A stretch of 64,000 bases of DNA from a virus (IMGVR_UViG_2791355382_000001:1-64000); one strand, 5' to 3'. Positions 45,394 through 55,835 are shown, counted from the stretch's first letter. Notes: generated from the sequence alone by a model not told the origin. Numbers and translations are program-made.

Positions 45394-48261
45394 ATGTTAG
45401 GATTAAAAAATGATCTAAAACTAGTTATACCTGAAGATATTGCTAAAGAGTATAACTATTCTTTGGAAGAAATTAAAACTAACGATAAAGAAATCTTAGG
45501 TTACGACAAACAAATCAGTGATTTAAACGCAGTCTTGTATAACCCTAAAGCTCCAACTGGAATGTTGTTAGGTATGCAAGGTTCAGGTAAAACTTCCTTA
45601 GTTAGATACTGGGTTAAAACACGAGCTAAAACTTCTATTCCATTAATAGTAGTACAGTTAGACATTGAACGTTTAGGCGAACTTGGATCTGATGTTATGG
45701 TTTCAAGAATGCGTAAGCTTTTGACTAACATGCAAATAATTAAAGACGCTACTAAAGAAGCTAACCCTGGTATCAACTTCCAAATGGCTTTATTTATAGA
45801 TGAAATTCACAAGTTAAACAACTATGGTGAAGCTACTAAAGGGGTTGGTGAAAAGGCTGGTTCTAGCGGTGCGATGAACGCTTTTAAGGAAGAAACAGCT
45901 GAAGGTGTATTCCCAGTAATCGCTGCGACAACTGACTATGAATATCGCATTAACATCAAGCCTGATGGAGCGTTTGACAGACGTTTTGCTAAGATTTATA
46001 TTACACAGCCAGCTAAACCAATTGTTTTTAAGATCTTAAAGACTAGCTTAAACACTTGGTTAAATGCAGGTAAATTTGTACCAGAAATATCAGATAAAAC
46101 GTTAAGTGATTTAATTGATTACACTAACGCTTATATCTACAATCAAGCTAACCCTGGTAAGTCGCTTGATATTTTAGCCTCAGCCGTAGGTTTATGTACT
46201 AACAGACATTTAGAAAACCCTGATGATGGCTGGGAGATTACGCACGAAGTCTTAGAACAAGTCTTTTTAGCTAATGGTTTTAGGATTGGTGCATACGATG
46301 AACGAGATATTAACCTAGTTATTCCTCCAGATATTCAAAAGGATTATAACGACTCTTTATCTAAGATGGAAAAAGGCAAGAATACCTTAATAGGTTATAA
46401 AGAAGAAATCATGAAGCTTGATTCAACCATGTATCGACCAGAAAAACCTTCTGCTTTGCTTTTAGGTAAGCAAGGTATTGGTAAAACAGCTTTGGTTGAA
46501 CAATGGATCTACAATCGTTCACTGACAACACTGCCAGTAGTGGTAGTAGAGTTAAACGTTGAAAAGCTAGGTACTCTAAGTGAAAATGATATGATTTCTA
46601 AGATGAAAGACCTACTTCCAACTTTAAACGAAATCAAAAAAGCAACCGTTGAAGCAAACCCTGATAAAAAATTTCAGATGGTTTTGTTCATAGATGAAAT
46701 TCATAAGTTGTATAATTATGGTAAGCCAGATAGTAATAAAGCTGGATCTTCTGCTGCGATGAACGCTTTAAAGGAAGGGCTTGCTAGAGCTAAGTTTCCA
46801 TTAATTGGAGCTACAACTGACTATGAATACCGTGATTATATCGTTAATGATGCTGCTTTTGATAGACGTTTAGGCAAAGTTATTATGACTCCACCTAGCT
46901 TAGATACAACAGTTACAATCTTACGTAGACGTGTTGATTCATGGGAAGGTAAGTTAGACTTTGTTCCAGAATGTTCAGATGATATTTTACGTGAAATTGT
47001 AAAATACGCTGATGCCTTTATTCAAAACCAAGTTAACCCAGACAAGTCTTTAACAATTTTAGACAGTTGTGTAGGGATTGCTAGAAGGTTGCATGTTTTA
47101 GATGAAAATAAAGGTAATAAAATTACTCACGAAATTGTAAGACAAGCTTTCTTAGCTGAAGATTATGAGATTGACACAGACGTTCCTCCAGAACACATCA
47201 TTAAAGTTGTTAATGAGTCTGTTTTAGGTCAACCGTTGGCTTTATATCAACTAGCTGATGTTGTAAATACTGCCTTTTATTCTGAACGTAATTTTAAGAA
47301 ACCTTTATTTACAGCCTTTTTTGTAGGTTCAACTGGGGTAGGTAAATCAGAAACAGCTAAGGCTTTAGCTCAAGCGTTTTATGGACGTAGAGATGCTATC
47401 TTAACTCTTAACGGTGGTGATTATGCAACTCCTGAAAGTGCCATTAAAGCTCAACGTTTTATCGCAGATCAAATGACGGTAAACAAACGGCAAGTTATCT
47501 TGTTAGACGAAATTGAAAAGTCACATAAAACGGTTATGGACACCTATATGCGAATGATTGATGAAGGTATTGTTGTAGATAAATACGGCAATCAACGTTC
47601 GTTAAACTCAACCGTTATTATTGCTACATCTAACTTAGGGTCTGACATCTTTAGTGACTTGTCGCAAGTTATGCACTTAAACCAACAAGAAAATCCTAAT
47701 GAGTTAACTTCACAATTAGAAGAAGCATGGTGGAGGCGAGAGTCGTCCGTACGTAAAGCTTTGCAAAATGGTGACGCTGGATTGAACAATGGTATCAAGC
47801 CTGAGTTCTTGGAAAGATTTTCCTTGTTTGTACCATTCTTACCACTAGCTAGAAAGACCATGGCGATGATTGCAAGAATGCAGTTAGAGAGGTTTAAACA
47901 AAACATGACTCACGCTAGATATAGCATAGATATTATGTTGCCTAAGAAGATGAGTCATGCCTGGTGGCAAAACCAAATGTCATTTGCTGATACACCGTAT
48001 GGCGATGATGATCCAATTTCAGTAATGATTGCCGAAGACTTAGTTGGTAGTGAAGCTAAAACTTCAGGGGCAAGATCCATTACACGTTATATTGACGGTT
48101 CGATTAAAACTAAGGTTACACGTTTGTTAGCACAAAGATTAAGGCATAATCAACCGATTGATGGAGTGTTTAAGCTTGAAGCTAAAAATGCCAGCTTTAC
48201 AACTAATACTGGTGATAGACCAACAGTTGAAGTAAGCTATATTCCTGTTGAGGAACTGTAA
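45394..48261 (+). CDS. Clp/Hsp100-like AAA+ ATPase with three nucleotide-binding modules (two tandem D1-like, one D2-like)
   Basis: D1a GMQGSGKTSLV...LFIDEIHKLNNYG...AATTDYEYRINIKPDGAFDRRF. D1b GKQGIGKTALV...LFIDEIHKLYNYG...GATTDYEYRDYIVNDAAFDRRL. D2 VGSTGVGKSETAKALA...LLDEIEKSHKTVMDTYMRMIDEGIVVD...ATSNLGS (ClpB D2 signature). Confidence 0.7.
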   Translation: MLGLKNDLKLVIPEDIAKEYNYSLEEIKTNDKEILGYDKQISDLNAVLYNPKAPTGMLLGMQGSGKTSLVRYWVKTRAKTSIPLIVVQLDIERLGELGSDVMVSRMRKLLTNMQIIKDATKEANPGINFQMALFIDEIHKLNNYGEATKGVGEKAGSSGAMNAFKEETAEGVFPVIAATTDYEYRINIKPDGAFDRRFAKIYITQPAKPIVFKILKTSLNTWLNAGKFVPEISDKTLSDLIDYTNAYIYNQANPGKSLDILASAVGLCTNRHLENPDDGWEITHEVLEQVFLANGFRIGAYDERDINLVIPPDIQKDYNDSLSKMEKGKNTLIGYKEEIMKLDSTMYRPEKPSALLLGKQGIGKTALVEQWIYNRSLTTLPVVVVELNVEKLGTLSENDMISKMKDLLPTLNEIKKATVEANPDKKFQMVLFIDEIHKLYNYGKPDSNKAGSSAAMNALKEGLARAKFPLIGATTDYEYRDYIVNDAAFDRRLGKVIMTPPSLDTTVTILRRRVDSWEGKLDFVPECSDDILREIVKYADAFIQNQVNPDKSLTILDSCVGIARRLHVLDENKGNKITHEIVRQAFLAEDYEIDTDVPPEHIIKVVNESVLGQPLALYQLADVVNTAFYSERNFKKPLFTAFFVGSTGVGKSETAKALAQAFYGRRDAILTLNGGDYATPESAIKAQRFIADQMTVNKRQVILLDEIEKSHKTVMDTYMRMIDEGIVVDKYGNQRSLNSTVIIATSNLGSDIFSDLSQVMHLNQQENPNELTSQLEEAWWRRESSVRKALQNGDAGLNNGIKPEFLERFSLFVPFLPLARKTMAMIARMQLERFKQNMTHARYSIDIMLPKKMSHAWWQNQMSFADTPYGDDDPISVMIAEDLVGSEAKTSGARSITRYIDGSIKTKVTRLLAQRLRHNQPIDGVFKLEAKNASFTTNTGDRPTVEVSYIPVEEL

Positions 48262-48315
48262 TTGCAAATAATCGTAGTTTGCATTACTTACACAACGAAA
48301 ATAGAGGTGATTTTT

Positions 48316-51300
48316 TTGGATTATGTAAAAGGTGTTAGGACTTCGCTTAACAGACAAAGCTTACTTAGGTTTTTAAAAAGTAAGTTTGTTGTTTTAGGAG
48401 TGCTAATTCTAACGATTTTTGGTAGTTTTGGTGCGTTGACACAAACTACTAAAGCCGACGATAGCGACAACATCGCTACAGTTTATCAATACTTCCTATT
48501 AAAAAACCGTTCGTCAACAAGCAAACAAAGCTTTACAGATAAAATGATGAAAGGTATTTTAGGACAAACAGATAAAAGTGGTATTTTAGGTTCTGGTGGG
48601 GCTAGTGGTACTTTTGGTTATCAAGAATTAATTGATAACTCTAAGGATAAAGCACAAGCTAAGCGTTTTTCAGAATTGATGGCCACTTTATCCTACTATA
48701 ATTATATTTCTACACAAGGTAATGGTTTTGCTTTACTTTTATCGTATGTAGGTAGATTTTTTGTAGGGTTGATTTTAACGGTATTAGGGGCAGTCATGGA
48801 TATTATGATTAACTCTTGGTATCTAATTATCAACTTCTTTGCCAAATGGAATGTATTTAATTTAATTGGCGGAACATTAGCTAAGAATAAAGTTGCACTT
48901 GATATGGCATCAGCTTTAGGTTTGAAGAGTGATTCGGTTCAATGGTTCATTAATACCTTTATGGTACTTGGAATTACAACCTTGATTGGTACATTTTGTT
49001 GGGCAGTTACTAAACGTGGTATGCAAAATGCCGATTATTCTAAGGTTAAAGGTCGAATCATTGGTTTGTTAATGGTTCCAATTGCAATGATGGCAGGGTT
49101 TGAATTACTGTCAGATATTACTGAGTACACATCAAAAGATTCAGCATCAAACACACCTTTTGCCAGCTACTTAATGGACGTTAAGACATGGGCAGAAAAG
49201 TATAACTTTGACTTAACTGTCGCTAACGTTAAGACAAGTGGTAAAACTAAAGGTTTTGTTATGACTAAGTACAATCCATACTCAGGGTTTAACCCAGTTA
49301 CAGGTCAAAGTGCATCGGATTCGCTAACACAAACGATTTTTCATGCAAACGATATGTCTAAAGGATTGTTCCCTAACACTAACTTAGCGATTGATTATCT
49401 ATCAAGTAAAGTATTTGATGGCTATAGTTATATTAGTTACTTACAAGGAGATCAATCTAAAACTGACGGTGCTTATGGTTCTATTTCATCTTTAGTAGAC
49501 TCTAAAGGTGGTAAATGGATTTACGATTTTGATACACCTTATTCATCAACTGGAATTAAGTTAGATGATGACTACTTGAAACAAAATCCAATGAGTAAAG
49601 CCAAAGATGATTACGTAGGTAAGATTGACGGCGATGAAAAGAACGTCAAATCACTTGCATCAATTTGGACTGACCGTTACGTCTACGGTTACAAAAACGA
49701 AGGTTCTAAAATTGAAGACTACTATAAAGAAGGGCCTTCAGGAGAACAAATCTCAGCCGCATATGGACGTAATGATAAAGCAGACGGTACAGCTTTAAGT
49801 GTTCCTTCCATGTTTTATGTTTTAAACACACACTGGAACGATCAAGGTGGTACATTCTCAATTACTTCACCACCTACAGGAGCATTTAAAGACATCGCTA
49901 AATTCGCTGATGATAGAGCTGTTTACTACGATGTTTCCATGGTTGGTGTACCATTCTTTAGTGTTTGTGGTTTAATCGCTATTCCATTGTTTACAGTATT
50001 GGTATTCATCGCCGCTGTTGAAGCCTTTTTAGCAATGGGTATCTTAGACATGAACATGCGTCCACTTAGAGCCTGGATGCTGGCTATTATCAAAGGTGAT
50101 TATGAATACTCGGTTGCTGTTATCGTTTATGGTTTAGGTCTTGTAGGCTCAATCATTATGGCTACAGTCGTACCTAACATGTTAATCAAATTCTTTACAG
50201 GTTCATTAAGTGGTATCTTTAGTCGTTTGAGTTCTTCTGCTGACAATGGTTCAATGGCAGGTGGAATTGGACTATTCTTTACAGCCTTTTTAGCAATCGT
50301 ATTTTGGGTTGCTTACATCAAGAATGTATCAGGGCTTAGAGATAAGTTAACAGGCTTTATTATGTTACCTTGGACATGGGCTTCATCTACAGGTCAATCA
50401 TTAGAAGATCAAGCTAATGGTGGAGCTAGAAACCTTGTAGGTAGAGGTAGTGATTTACGTAATCAAAAACGTGAACAAAGCGCATTAAGAAATAGAAACA
50501 TGATTAACGCTGCTGAAAACTGGGCTTCAGGCGGTGGCATGAAGAAAACTAGATTTGGCAGAAAACTTGATGATTTAACTGGTAATCGTATCAGTGGAGC
50601 GCAAGGTAAGTTAAGCCGTGCTGCATTGTTAGCTCAACATATGATGGGCAATTACGCAGACGGTGTAACTGGTGATGACACTCATACAGCTGGTGAAAAT
50701 AACTTAGAACGTATCAAGCGTTTAGGTTTAGCTCAACGTCAAACTCAAAAACTAGCTCAGCTATCACGCAATGCTAAAAACGGTAAGTTAGGTGTTGATG
50801 ATAAGGCTAGTGAACAAATTGACAACAAGATTAGAAACAAGATTCACCCTAACGATCTATCTAACCTAGAAAACGGCAAGGCTTTAACTGACGCATACAA
50901 GCAAATTGATAAAGCTGATGAACAAATCGGTAAAGATGACGATCGTATCAACAACATTAAAAAGGCTATTGCGTTCCAAGACAGTATTGCTACTAACCCT
51001 AACAGCGATGCTAAGACCGTTGATAAAGCAATGGCTAAGAAACGCAAACTTATGCAAGAACTTGAAAAAGCTCAACAAGATAAGAAAGAACATCAAAATC
51101 AAAAAGCAAATCTTCAACAAGTTGCTGATGACACTGTTGGTAAGATTAAGTTCAACGATAATGTTGAAGGCTTAAGCAAGGCTGATACTAAGTATCGTCA
51201 AGACCTTAACAAAGAACTTGACCGTATCAACGCTAAACAAGATGATATTGACAACAGTAGAGCTATCATAAGCGATGCTTTGGCAGATCCTAATATAAGC

Positions 51301-53001
51301 GATGCTAATAAGGCTAAGTTGAAAGATCAACTCCAAGACTTAGATAGACAACAATCAAGCTTAGATAGTGCTAAGGCAGTTCATGCTAAGAAAGCTAAGA
51401 CTTACGCAAACAGTTCTATCAAGCGTGCTGAGAAGTTGAATAATCCAAAAGCTGTTAGAGAGAGTTTACAAAAACTTGCACAACAAGCTACTAACCAGCT
51501 TAATGAGTTCGTTGACAACCCAGACGAAAAGAAAGTTAAAGTTCTTAACGAAGACTTTAAGCACCTTAAGACACAAATGGATCGCTACGGTATTACTCCA
51601 GATGAAATTGGCTTTGACCCTCAAGCTGCTATGGACGACTTAGCACAAAATAGTGGCAACTTACCAGACAGTGTATTTGATGAAAATGCCTTAGCTATTG
51701 ATGAAAATGGCTTAACTGATTACGCTGCTGATTACGGACGTAGAAATATGATTCGCAGAAAGGGTAGCATTGACTCAATGGAAACTAAAGACGGTTCTAC
51801 TTTAGGCGATGTTATGAAGAATAAGGTAAGCTTTGAAACTAAAGCTCCAAAAGAGTTTAACAATGCTGATAAGTTAGCTCAACAAGTTCAACAAATGAGA
51901 AAAGCAAGTCCTACATCAGGTAGTGGAGTTGGTGGAAATGGTAGCAAGACTATCGTTCAAAACAACCCTGCTAATAACGATGGAACAAAGGTAGTTCAAC
52001 AAACAGTTGGTGGCGGAAATCCACAACAAACTGTAGAACAAACCGTAGTTCAAGGACAAGGTAATCCTGAACAAACTGTTATCAGACGTAATGCTAACGG
52101 TGGGCAAAGGACAATCCAACAAACAGTCAGTGGTAGTGGAAATCCACAACAAACTGTTATCAGACATAATGTTAACGGTGGGCAAAGGACAATCCAACAA
52201 ACAGTTAGTGGCAATAACCCACAACAAACTGTAGTTCAAAACCAAGGTAACCCTGAGAAAACTGTTATCAGACGTAATGCTAACAACGGTGAAACAAAGG
52301 TAGTTCAAGATACAGTTAGCGGAGGAACCAACCCTACACAAACTGTAGTTCAAGGGCAAAACAACCCAGAACAAACTATCATTAGACGTAATGCTAACAA
52401 CGGTGAAACAAAGGTAGTTCAAGATACAGTTAGCGGAGGAACCAACCCTACACAAACTGTAGTTCAAGGGCAAAACAACCCAGAACAAACTATCATTAGA
52501 CGTAATGCTAACAACGGTGAAACAAAGGTAGTTCAAGATACAGTTAGCGGAGGAAATAATCCTTCTCAAACAGTAGTTCAAGGACAAAACAACCCAGAAC
52601 AAACTATCGTTAGACACGTTAATAATGGTGGAACAAAGGTAGTTCAAGATACAGTTAGTGGAGGAACCAATCCTTCTCAAACCGTAGTTCAAGGACAAAA
52701 CAATCCAGAACAAACTATCGTTAGACACGTTAATAATGGTGGAACAAAGATAGTTCAAGAAACAGTTAGTGAAGGAAGTAATCCTACACAAACCGTAGTT
52801 CAAGAACAAAAAGCACCAGAACAAACCATTATTAAGCATAATGTTAATGCTGGGAAAGAAATTCAAAATGTAGTTGACAATAGTCCACAAACTAAGGCTG
52901 ACTATAGTGTTGATAATAATCCTAAGCAAAACTTAGATGGTCTTAACCAAAACAATCACGTAAACCTAGATAATAATCCAAGCGATGATCTAGGCAAATA
53001 A
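48316..53001 (+). CDS. giant polytopic membrane protein (VirB6/TcpH-like) with a long charged coiled-coil region and C-terminal tandem repeats
   Basis: Start moved to the TTG at 48316 (RBS AGAGGTGA). At least 8 TM helices in the first roughly 700 aa, then an A/K/D/Q-rich coiled-coil, then about 7 tandem 42-aa repeats. Confidence 0.6.
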   Translation: MDYVKGVRTSLNRQSLLRFLKSKFVVLGVLILTIFGSFGALTQTTKADDSDNIATVYQYFLLKNRSSTSKQSFTDKMMKGILGQTDKSGILGSGGASGTFGYQELIDNSKDKAQAKRFSELMATLSYYNYISTQGNGFALLLSYVGRFFVGLILTVLGAVMDIMINSWYLIINFFAKWNVFNLIGGTLAKNKVALDMASALGLKSDSVQWFINTFMVLGITTLIGTFCWAVTKRGMQNADYSKVKGRIIGLLMVPIAMMAGFELLSDITEYTSKDSASNTPFASYLMDVKTWAEKYNFDLTVANVKTSGKTKGFVMTKYNPYSGFNPVTGQSASDSLTQTIFHANDMSKGLFPNTNLAIDYLSSKVFDGYSYISYLQGDQSKTDGAYGSISSLVDSKGGKWIYDFDTPYSSTGIKLDDDYLKQNPMSKAKDDYVGKIDGDEKNVKSLASIWTDRYVYGYKNEGSKIEDYYKEGPSGEQISAAYGRNDKADGTALSVPSMFYVLNTHWNDQGGTFSITSPPTGAFKDIAKFADDRAVYYDVSMVGVPFFSVCGLIAIPLFTVLVFIAAVEAFLAMGILDMNMRPLRAWMLAIIKGDYEYSVAVIVYGLGLVGSIIMATVVPNMLIKFFTGSLSGIFSRLSSSADNGSMAGGIGLFFTAFLAIVFWVAYIKNVSGLRDKLTGFIMLPWTWASSTGQSLEDQANGGARNLVGRGSDLRNQKREQSALRNRNMINAAENWASGGGMKKTRFGRKLDDLTGNRISGAQGKLSRAALLAQHMMGNYADGVTGDDTHTAGENNLERIKRLGLAQRQTQKLAQLSRNAKNGKLGVDDKASEQIDNKIRNKIHPNDLSNLENGKALTDAYKQIDKADEQIGKDDDRINNIKKAIAFQDSIATNPNSDAKTVDKAMAKKRKLMQELEKAQQDKKEHQNQKANLQQVADDTVGKIKFNDNVEGLSKADTKYRQDLNKELDRINAKQDDIDNSRAIISDALADPNISDANKAKLKDQLQDLDRQQSSLDSAKAVHAKKAKTYANSSIKRAEKLNNPKAVRESLQKLAQQATNQLNEFVDNPDEKKVKVLNEDFKHLKTQMDRYGITPDEIGFDPQAAMDDLAQNSGNLPDSVFDENALAIDENGLTDYAADYGRRNMIRRKGSIDSMETKDGSTLGDVMKNKVSFETKAPKEFNNADKLAQQVQQMRKASPTSGSGVGGNGSKTIVQNNPANNDGTKVVQQTVGGGNPQQTVEQTVVQGQGNPEQTVIRRNANGGQRTIQQTVSGSGNPQQTVIRHNVNGGQRTIQQTVSGNNPQQTVVQNQGNPEKTVIRRNANNGETKVVQDTVSGGTNPTQTVVQGQNNPEQTIIRRNANNGETKVVQDTVSGGTNPTQTVVQGQNNPEQTIIRRNANNGETKVVQDTVSGGNNPSQTVVQGQNNPEQTIVRHVNNGGTKVVQDTVSGGTNPSQTVVQGQNNPEQTIVRHVNNGGTKIVQETVSEGSNPTQTVVQEQKAPEQTIIKHNVNAGKEIQNVVDNSPQTKADYSVDNNPKQNLDGLNQNNHVNLDNNPSDDLGK
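51990..52870 (+). repeat. in-frame tandem repeat, 126-bp period (42 aa: NPEQTIIRRNANNGETKVVQDTVSGGTNPTQTVVQGQN), about 7 copies with near-identical central copies
   Basis: Seen directly in the translation; the central copies are 100% identical at DNA level. Confidence 0.85.
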
Positions 53002-53138
53002 TCAAATTCTAAAATCGTCAAAGATTAGTTAATGCTAGTCTTCGACGATTTTTTGTAAACAAAGAATTATATTTTGCAACACTTCGCACACGTTTTAATA
53101 TATAATAAATGTATCCTTACTAATACTTTTCTTAGAAG

Positions 53139-53465
53139 GTGATACAAATGCAAGCTTGGTTATTAACACAGTTATTAACCATTAACAACGTAGTCTTTGG
53201 CGCTGGTGGTGAAAACACAAGAAACTGGGGACAAAATATTGTTAAAGCTGGAATCAACGTTATCTTAGGTGTTGGTGGATTAGTCTTAGTAGGACGTGGA
53301 GCTTTTGACATTGTTAAAGGCTGGTTCAACGACAACAAAGACTGGAAACGTATTGGCATGGGTGTGCTAACAGTAATCGTTGGCGGTGCATTAATTGCAT
53401 GGTCTGTTGTTAGCCTACAAAGCTTCGCTAATAACCTTGGTGGAGATTTCAACTTAACAAACTAG
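53139..53465 (+). CDS. small two-TM membrane protein (possible VirB2-like pilin / T4SS small subunit)
   Basis: 108 aa with two hydrophobic helices. T4SS gene context. Confidence 0.4.
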   Translation: MIQMQAWLLTQLLTINNVVFGAGGENTRNWGQNIVKAGINVILGVGGLVLVGRGAFDIVKGWFNDNKDWKRIGMGVLTVIVGGALIAWSVVSLQSFANNLGGDFNLTN

Positions 53466-53469
53466 TGGC

Positions 53470-53514
53470 TTTAAAAAGCCCACATAAGAGGGCGCTTCAA
53501 ACGTCCTCTTTTTT
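53470..53514 (+). terminator. rho-independent terminator (two hairpins, second followed by T6)
   Basis: GTGGCTTTAAAAAGCCCAC and AGAGGGCGCTTCAAACGTCCTCTTTTTT. Confidence 0.6.
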
Positions 53515-53534
53515 AATTAGAACGGAGGTTTTTT

Positions 53535-55520
53535 ATGAGAAACGAAATATCTTTTGCGTTAGGTTTTCAAGCAACGAACTTAAGCCAAGGAGCAATTGAT
53601 TTTTTTGAAAATAACAATGCTATCAAAACAGAAGATGGCTACGCTTTGGCTTATAGGGAGTCTGATCAAGATTTATATGGTGATTTACTTAACTTTGATG
53701 GAACGGTTAGTTTAGGGGTTATTAACGAACAAAATCAAATGTATTATCCAAGTGATACTTTAACTAAGATTTTTGCTGATGATAACTCTATGGAAGTTAG
53801 TGAATTAGATTTAACTTTGCCATATGCTTTGGAAGACTTTGTTAATAGTCATATGCCAGAAATTCAAGATGAAATCAAGCGCATTAAAGAACAATACTAT
53901 CCTAACGACAAAGCTAAGTTAGACCTAAACCCAGGTACTAATGTTCAAACACAAACGCAAGTACAAACACAAGCTCCAGCACAAGAACAAACTCCTGTAC
54001 AAACACAAACACAAGCTCCTGCTAATAAAGCAGTTGCAGTTATTCCAAGCGTTAATGGAGAAGATGATAATTCAGAGCTTTATGACTTGTCAGGCAAAAA
54101 CGATACTCAAACAAGTAATCAAGATTTAGATGCTAACTTAGACGTCAAGGCTGATGAAAGTGTAGATACAAATGATAATCTTCCAGCACAAACAGCTGTT
54201 GAAGCTAAGCCTGAAAATCACATTGCTCAAGGCACGGTAGATCCTTTATTAACTTTAGCTGCTGACATTTTTGAAAACAATGAAGCAATCAGTTTTCCTA
54301 AATATGATGAATACACACATAAGCAAATTCAGGCTCAAATTGTTAAGAGTGAATCAACTGTATTCATCGCAAGAGATGAAGCTATTTACACGATTTACAA
54401 CATCTTAAAAGCACATGCACCTAAGTTTGAACAAGAGTTTGAAGATGATTTTCTTAACTCTAAGCAAAAGCATGATCTTAGGTTAAAGAGCATTGAAACT
54501 TCTAAGAACAATCGAATAGAAAAAATGGAAGCTGCAATGCAAAAAGAATACATGAGTAATCGTGAAAAGTTTGTTGAAGCACAACGTACAATCCTAGAAA
54601 CAAATTATGATAACGATCATTTAGCTCAACAACAACAAAGAGTTAATCAAGAACGTCAACGTTACATTGATGAAGCTGAATTTGCAACAACTAAAGAGAA
54701 AAAGGATTATCAAGATCATTATAAAGAAGAAAGACAACGTTTCTTAGAAAGACGTTTCCGCCAAATTGATATTGCTCAAGTGCTTAACGATTTTGAACAA
54801 GTTGTTCATCAAGAAACAATGGCAATTGAACAAGAAGCAACACAATTTGCTAACCAAGTTGGTGTAGTTACAGAAAGCGTTAAGAAACAACAAGAAGCTG
54901 CTGAATTAAACGCTAAAAGCGCTCAAGAACAATTAAATATCTTCAATAAGACAATGCAAGAAAAGATTGAAGCTCGTGTTGAAAAAGAAGTACAAAAGCG
55001 TACATCTTCATTACAACAACAATTAATTGACTCTCAAAAACGTGTAACTGATGCTCAAAACAACATTGAAAGCTTACAAAAGAACAACAAGGCTTTAGTT
55101 GCAAGTAATGAGAAGTTACAAACAGCTAATGACGCTTTGAATAACATTAAAATTGACAGAGTTCCAGCACCAGCACCTACTCCAGCACCAGCAGTAGAAC
55201 CTGTTACAGAACCAGCTAAAAAGAAGAATGTTTGGGGATTGGTTGCAGGCTTTATCGTAGCTTTAGTTGCAGTAGTTATTATCACAGCTGGGGTAACAAC
55301 TTTAGTTACAAACCATAATAACCAAACACAAACAACTAGTGTATCAAGCTCTCAAGAGTCTGTTGTTTCTAGTTCCAGTGCTAAGGATTATCAAAAAGGT
55401 GATACTTGGACTTATTCCAAAGATGGCCACAAGTACAAAGTAACTATGGATAACAGTACGCAAGGACATTATACAGACCAAGATGGAAGACAACATCGTA
55501 TCACTTTAACAAATGAATAA
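53535..55520 (+). CDS. conjugation-associated coiled-coil protein with a C-terminal TM anchor and extracellular domain (TcpC/PrgL-like?)
   Basis: 661 aa. Q/T/A repeats, a long coiled-coil, a PAPAPTPAPA linker, a TM helix (WGLVAGFIVALVAVVIITAGV), then a roughly 90-aa C-terminal domain. Confidence 0.45.
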   Translation: MRNEISFALGFQATNLSQGAIDFFENNNAIKTEDGYALAYRESDQDLYGDLLNFDGTVSLGVINEQNQMYYPSDTLTKIFADDNSMEVSELDLTLPYALEDFVNSHMPEIQDEIKRIKEQYYPNDKAKLDLNPGTNVQTQTQVQTQAPAQEQTPVQTQTQAPANKAVAVIPSVNGEDDNSELYDLSGKNDTQTSNQDLDANLDVKADESVDTNDNLPAQTAVEAKPENHIAQGTVDPLLTLAADIFENNEAISFPKYDEYTHKQIQAQIVKSESTVFIARDEAIYTIYNILKAHAPKFEQEFEDDFLNSKQKHDLRLKSIETSKNNRIEKMEAAMQKEYMSNREKFVEAQRTILETNYDNDHLAQQQQRVNQERQRYIDEAEFATTKEKKDYQDHYKEERQRFLERRFRQIDIAQVLNDFEQVVHQETMAIEQEATQFANQVGVVTESVKKQQEAAELNAKSAQEQLNIFNKTMQEKIEARVEKEVQKRTSSLQQQLIDSQKRVTDAQNNIESLQKNNKALVASNEKLQTANDALNNIKIDRVPAPAPTPAPAVEPVTEPAKKKNVWGLVAGFIVALVAVVIITAGVTTLVTNHNNQTQTTSVSSSQESVVSSSSAKDYQKGDTWTYSKDGHKYKVTMDNSTQGHYTDQDGRQHRITLTNE

Positions 55521-55535
55521 GGTTGGTGAAATTTT

Positions 55536-55835
55536 ATGACAGATGCAGTTATTAAAGACACGGTTGTTCATGAAGATCAATCAAATCAAAATCAAAGTCA
55601 AGACAACGTGCAAAAAACAAGTTCACAAGATAGTGAACAACAAGGTGAAGTTGTAGCTCTTAAAGACTTAGGGAAAACAGCTCAACATACTGATACACAA
55701 AACCAAGAACAAGCGATTTTGCCACAAACAGGGGTAACTAGTCCAGTACCTTTATACGGTGTGATTAGCTCAGCTACTTTAGTTTTGTGTGCCTTAGCGT
55801 TAAAGTTCAGCGAATTTATCAAAGAAAGTAGGTAG
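55536..55835 (+). CDS. small LPxTG cell-wall-anchored protein (sortase substrate)
   Basis: C-terminal LPQTG, then a hydrophobic stretch, then a basic tail (KESR). Confidence 0.6.
   Translation: MTDAVIKDTVVHEDQSNQNQSQDNVQKTSSQDSEQQGEVVALKDLGKTAQHTDTQNQEQAILPQTGVTSPVPLYGVISSATLVLCALALKFSEFIKESR

Noticed and set aside
50844-52929. Antisense ORFs inside the giant membrane-protein gene (50844..51175 region; 51916..52929, 337 aa)
   Set aside because: The 337-aa call is the reverse translation of the 126-bp tandem repeat (repetitive SLNY/CILNYLC peptide). A sense-strand gene with TM and signal features is far better supported.
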